From a bacterium (lineage in GTDB: Bacteria; Patescibacteriota; Dojkabacteria; GCA-016699595): a stretch of DNA of 64,000 nucleotides. The notes below the pieces were generated by a model that saw only the letters and a list, made by a program, of their open reading frames with translations, did not search any database and was not told where the DNA came from. Shown piece after piece: positions 60,155-64,000 of this stretch. Numbering within the stretch: the first letter of the stretch is position 1; each line of letters opens with the position of its first letter. Location of the stretch: NCBI GenBank assembly GCA_016699595.1, contig CP064982.1:203647-267646 (forward strand). Reading direction: 5' to 3'. Both the position numbers and the translations under genes were made by a program.

Positions 60155-60220
60155 TGAAACTTGATAATTTATCAACTTGTTTTGAGCTTTTGATTCTAAT
60201 TCTAGAATCAAAAGCTCTTT

Positions 60221-60772
60221 TTATATCAAAATTGGTAGGTCATTCAAATAAGGACTAAGACCAAGCAGTTCTCTCATAAAAAATGGGATACCTGCTAGAC
60301 CGAATACTAGCATAGTTATTACAAGCATTCCAGTAAGAATTGCATCTTGTATTTCTTTGAAAGTTTCACTCTTGTTATCCTTTGTTTTTGCATTCATAGC
60401 AGCTAAAACTATTTTTACAAAGACCATAAGAAGTATAATTGGTATAAAGATTCTAAGTATAGAGGTTGTAATATTGTTTTTCGCATTATCTGCATTTACT
60501 AAATTTGAATATATACATCCAGCTGAAGTCCATTGAGTATTGCCTGTTGGTGAAGTAGTACTTGTATTTCCTGGTGCTGAATTTTCAGATAAACATATAC
60601 GACAGTATTGAAGATCTCTTGACTTGTCTAATGCTCTTTTTGGATCATTTCCATAAGTAGCATCAACATATCCGTTGCAAATACTATCAATAGTCAACAC
60701 TGGTGGAACTGCATATATTTGACCAAAAAAAATAGCATTTATGACAAGGTAAAGGCTAAAAATTTTAAACAT
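60221..60772 (-). CDS. secreted/membrane protein with N-terminal signal peptide and C-terminal TM helices, unknown
   Basis: Start MFKIFSLYLVINAIFFGQIYA (signal). Ser/Thr/Asn-rich middle, two C-terminal hydrophobic helices. Confidence 0.45.
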   Translation of the reverse strand: MFKIFSLYLVINAIFFGQIYAVPPVLTIDSICNGYVDATYGNDPKRALDKSRDLQYCRICLSENSAPGNTSTTSPTGNTQWTSAGCIYSNLVNADNAKNNITTSILRIFIPIILLMVFVKIVLAAMNAKTKDNKSETFKEIQDAILTGMLVITMLVFGLAGIPFFMRELLGLSPYLNDLPILI

Positions 60773-60922
60773 GTTTTTGCTAGTGAAAAAAGTAAATGTC
60801 ATTGTTGTAAAGTTTGTAGAAAAGATGGCATACAATTCATGTTTGATTTTATATTTATTGTTGGTAAATATCAACTCTTTTTGTTATAATCTATACGCTA
60901 TTATTTACATATACTTGTTTGA

Positions 60923-63900
60923 ATGCCGTTTATTAAAGGACCTGAAAATACATATGGATCGCATGAGGTGGTTAAATATTTGCCAGGCTCTTCCGGTGAT
61001 CCAGAAAAAATTCTTGCTGAAGTAAAGTCCTTTCTTGGAGACTCAATGGATGCAAATCTACCTGTCCCTCGATGGGCACCAGAAAGTATTTCGACAATTA
61101 TGAGAGCAGCCGAAAGAGCGAAAGACAAGAATATTCGGAAGCAATTAGAGGCAGTTCTGTATTTTATTGATATAATACCTTTGGTATCTGATGCTTTGAC
61201 TCATAGTGCCGTCGGATTGGATGGCAGGATAAATGAAATAGCTAAGAAAGTTGGAGAATCTACGACATATGGAGATCATGCTAAATATCTTATATCCTTA
61301 TTTGAGGGTGATTCTAGTAAACAAAAGAAGTTAGAAGAAGCACTTTTTTTTGATTTTGGGGAATTAGATCTCACCATACCTCATAAAGCATATAAATCCT
61401 ACAAGTCGAAGCCTGGCTATACTGCAATTTTTTGGCACATTCCTGAAAAAGTTGCTTTTGATTTGACTAATCTAAGTGTTTTATTTTCAAATGCTGACCG
61501 AAATAGATCTGAGCTTTTAACTAGGCTTGGCAAAGATTGCCAATCTTCTTTGGGAGTAGACCCCGAAAATGATCCAAGACTTTCTGTTACTACTATTGAA
61601 TCGACTTGCAATATCCGAGATATAATATATGGCCTGCATGAGATAGGTCGTTTAAATGGATTGTTGAGAGCACATGTAAACGATGCATTAATTGTCAATA
61701 TGCAGACTCTTATGTCTGCTGGAGATAGCTTAGTTCATGACGAGAGATCAGCTCAACCAGTACCTTTAACTCTTTTAGTCATTGTTCAGGAAGTATTAAA
61801 CAAAATATTTCCCAGTTATGGGGGTGGAGTTGGATATACTTCAGCCTTAAAAAAGATTGAAGAATCTCATAGATTGCATGATTTGTTTACTCGATCTATC
61901 TCTGAAGGTGCAATAAGAGGTCTAAACCGTAGACTCAGACCAACCCTTGATGGAAAAGCTTTGAATCTTCCTGATCTTGTGGACTACTTAGTTAATTCAC
62001 CTGAAAACCGGAGCGATCGGTATGGTGTTTTGGTTGACGTTGCCTTTGATGGAGATGAAGAGGGGAAAAACAACTTTGTTTTGTCTCTTCATGGAAGAGA
62101 GCCAGTAATTGAGCATCTTGTTAATGAAAACTTTAATGTTTATACAGGGGTAGGCTATCAAGGGTTTGTCAAAGCTATAAGGGAACCTAAACTGGAAAAG
62201 ACAGCTACTATCTTGGGTCGACAGGGGACAATGAGACCAACTGAAATTGCAAGTGCTATTGCATCAGATATCGTTAAAAATTATGGAGGAAAAACATCAG
62301 AACTAATGGCTGCTTATGAGAAAGTTTTTGATGCATTTCGTATAATTAATTATGGACCAAATTCGCCGTTGAAACATTTTCTTGAGTCATGTGGAATATT
62401 TGTTGCCCCCGGCTTCAAAGCAACAGGATCGTCAAATACATTTTATGATGAAATTCTGAGTCTTCTTGAGTTACTTAAAGAAAATAATATTCCATTTTTG
62501 GTAACAGAAGGGCAACAAGGTTACACCTTACAGATTGGTTTAGGCGATATTACAGATAGCGCTGATAACATAAGTAGAATTAGAAAAAGTGAAAAGGATA
62601 TTTATATTTCTGGACGAAATTTTCTTGAACTCGTTTCTGTAAGGTCGAAGTTTTCAGATTCAGATTTAGAAAAAGTCTCACCATATCTGTTCGGTTTGAT
62701 GTTAGGATCTAGAAATGAATATGGTTATTTGCCTTATGGTATTCTAAATATGGTTGATTTGAATCCTGATAAGTTGATATGGCGATATACTGCAGCTATA
62801 CAACATATTTTGACATCTGGTTACTTAGATTCAATAGTAGATGCAAGAGCGCAAGGCAAAAGAGTTGCTTTTGATCCTTCTTTTGGATTGGTTTCTGCAG
62901 TTAGGCAATGGCAGGAAAATGCATTTGCATACTTGACAAAGCAGCAACTTACCGTAAGATTAACCCGGTATGTAGTTAATTATGGAGCTAAAAAGGATGT
63001 GATGCATGATGCTATAAAAAAGTTTATCGAGGACAGGCAGAAACTAAAGTTAGGTGATATTAAATATCACTCTATAGAAGATTTCATTATAGCTTTGAAA
63101 TCTGATCCATCTTTAATAGAAATATTTTATGACGATGAAATTGGAGCATATATATTTCCTGATGCAGGAGATTCTATCCCTGGAATTATTTTTAGAATTA
63201 GTGATATAGTAAATTCAACAAATAGAACAGATTTTTATAAAAAAATGCTACCAGTTATTGCCACATTTTTTGAAAGATTGACTGGTGCAGATCCATCATA
63301 TAAGATATCTAACATTGTAGAATCAATCAATGCTAATGTTATGGGTTTTTTTGATGCAGCAGTAAATAAGCTTACATCATTGATAGTCGTTCTATCTGTA
63401 CTAGATTTTGCTACAGTAGGTGGAGATAAACACTATGAATATAGTTATCTAGGAATATCCAAAGAAACCGCAGCCACAATTTTGTTTGCTCAGTTAGACT
63501 ATACATGGAAGAACTTTTCAAAATCACTAGAAGCTTATGCAGTTTATGGTAACTCCTATTTAAGGAATAAGGGTGAGTTTGCTGCTGAAGCTGCAAAAGG
63601 ATTCTTTGATAAGGCCAAATTAAAGAATGCATTGGGACAAGGGTTTGTACAAGTATTTTCAAAAGAAAACTTTGCATCTCTTTTTAGAGATATATTACCA
63701 GATCCAAAAGATCCTCAACAACTCATAGTAGCTATAGCTTCACCATTTCTATCTGTTTTCTTATATACCAATGTAGTAAAAACTATTTTGTCTGGTATTG
63801 AAAGTTTTTTTGGTATAGCTGATCCGATCATGTCTGCTAATATATCATTATTTCCTTTAGGTACAATCTTTACATATATGACTTTGATATCTTTGTTTAT

Positions 63901-64000
63901 GGGGCCATTTGTAAGGTTGAAGGAATCAGCAGTAGTAGATAGAGTTAAAGACATAAAAAGTAGTAACAATTTTGAAAAAATAGGGTTAACTTTAGGTAGA
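60923..64000 (+). CDS. large hypothetical protein (>1025 aa, continues past the window end), GC-elevated, C-terminal hydrophobic segments; not in the ORF track because no stop lies in the window
   Basis: Manual translation from the ATG at ~60923 runs uninterrupted to position 64000 (MPFIKGPENTYGSHEVVKYLPGSSGDPEKILAEVKSF...). GC is about 38-42% against a ~30% background. The C-terminal region has hydrophobic stretches (LIVAIASPFLSVFLYTNVV..., LFPLGTIFTYMTLISLFMGPFV). Confidence 0.6.
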   Translation, partial: MPFIKGPENTYGSHEVVKYLPGSSGDPEKILAEVKSFLGDSMDANLPVPRWAPESISTIMRAAERAKDKNIRKQLEAVLYFIDIIPLVSDALTHSAVGLDGRINEIAKKVGESTTYGDHAKYLISLFEGDSSKQKKLEEALFFDFGELDLTIPHKAYKSYKSKPGYTAIFWHIPEKVAFDLTNLSVLFSNADRNRSELLTRLGKDCQSSLGVDPENDPRLSVTTIESTCNIRDIIYGLHEIGRLNGLLRAHVNDALIVNMQTLMSAGDSLVHDERSAQPVPLTLLVIVQEVLNKIFPSYGGGVGYTSALKKIEESHRLHDLFTRSISEGAIRGLNRRLRPTLDGKALNLPDLVDYLVNSPENRSDRYGVLVDVAFDGDEEGKNNFVLSLHGREPVIEHLVNENFNVYTGVGYQGFVKAIREPKLEKTATILGRQGTMRPTEIASAIASDIVKNYGGKTSELMAAYEKVFDAFRIINYGPNSPLKHFLESCGIFVAPGFKATGSSNTFYDEILSLLELLKENNIPFLVTEGQQGYTLQIGLGDITDSADNISRIRKSEKDIYISGRNFLELVSVRSKFSDSDLEKVSPYLFGLMLGSRNEYGYLPYGILNMVDLNPDKLIWRYTAAIQHILTSGYLDSIVDARAQGKRVAFDPSFGLVSAVRQWQENAFAYLTKQQLTVRLTRYVVNYGAKKDVMHDAIKKFIEDRQKLKLGDIKYHSIEDFIIALKSDPSLIEIFYDDEIGAYIFPDAGDSIPGIIFRISDIVNSTNRTDFYKKMLPVIATFFERLTGADPSYKISNIVESINANVMGFFDAAVNKLTSLIVVLSVLDFATVGGDKHYEYSYLGISKETAATILFAQLDYTWKNFSKSLEAYAVYGNSYLRNKGEFAAEAAKGFFDKAKLKNALGQGFVQVFSKENFASLFRDILPDPKDPQQLIVAIASPFLSVFLYTNVVKTILSGIESFFGIADPIMSANISLFPLGTIFTYMTLISLFMGPFVRLKESAVVDRVKDIKSSNNFEKIGLTLGR

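Noticed and set aside
1-64000. Alternative genetic code 25 (UGA=Gly, SR1/Gracilibacteria). The idea came from the tsaD TGA sitting at a conserved Gly and from the low GC.
   Set aside because: TGA terminates pheS at its canonical C-terminus. Stop/start overlaps using TGA (ATGA or TGATG) occur at 15271, 21657 and 55220. No internal TGA occurs in more than 15 kb of long conserved genes. Other disruptions in the window are TAA nonsense codons and frameshifts, so tsaD is more likely another point lesion or an error.

Overview
This 64 kb window is AT-rich (about 30% GC) and almost entirely coding. It looks like a small-genome bacterium, possibly from the Candidate Phyla Radiation (CPR/Patescibacteria); that placement is an inference from gene content. 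The backbone is housekeeping: an infC-rpmI-rplT-pheS-pheT cluster, grpE, clpC, clpP, an mraZ-rsmH-ftsL block, and a dense set of tRNA/rRNA-modification genes (tsaD, tsaC, ksgA, tgt, trmL, mnmA, elp3). Several aaRS are present (tyrS of archaeal/eukaryotic type, pheST, leuS, gltX, an archaeal-type aspS), plus one tRNA-Leu(UAG). The accessory content is more interesting. (1) A ~5.6 kb integrated island sits at the 3' end of elp3: a tyrosine integrase overlapping the elp3 stop, a degenerate duplicate of the elp3 3' end about 5.4 kb away, and cargo flanked by two copies of a GC-rich structured repeat. A decayed second element follows it (an integrase 5' remnant, R2 repeats, and an Ltp-like superinfection-exclusion-type protein). 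(2) A DUF559 (Vsr-like PD-(D/E)xK) endonuclease module occurs twice: once free-standing between mutS and ftsL, and once inserted in-frame inside mnmA. Both copies sit next to a dispersed family of short GC-rich hairpins. (3) A complete GNAT acetyltransferase domain is inserted in-frame in LeuRS. (4) A convergent cassette encodes a CHAP/NlpC-like hydrolase, an ATP-grasp ligase, a fold-type-II PLP enzyme, a GT2 and a GC-rich secreted peptide, next to tRNA-Leu. (5) A T-box-like leader with a terminator precedes aspS. (6) There is a 1678-aa DUF11/SdrD-B surface protein, and a GC-elevated ORF of more than 1000 aa runs off the window end. Five conserved genes carry single lesions: tsaD has an in-frame TGA at a conserved Gly, mutS and a UDG-like gene each have an in-frame TAA, and a transglutaminase-like gene has two homopolymer frameshifts. 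I considered UGA=Gly recoding (code 25) and rejected it. TGA acts as a normal stop elsewhere, including in overlapping TGA/ATG stop-start junctions, and long genes contain no internal TGA. No CRISPR array or rRNA was seen. Coordinates I read off the sequence lines by hand may be off by 1-3 nt.
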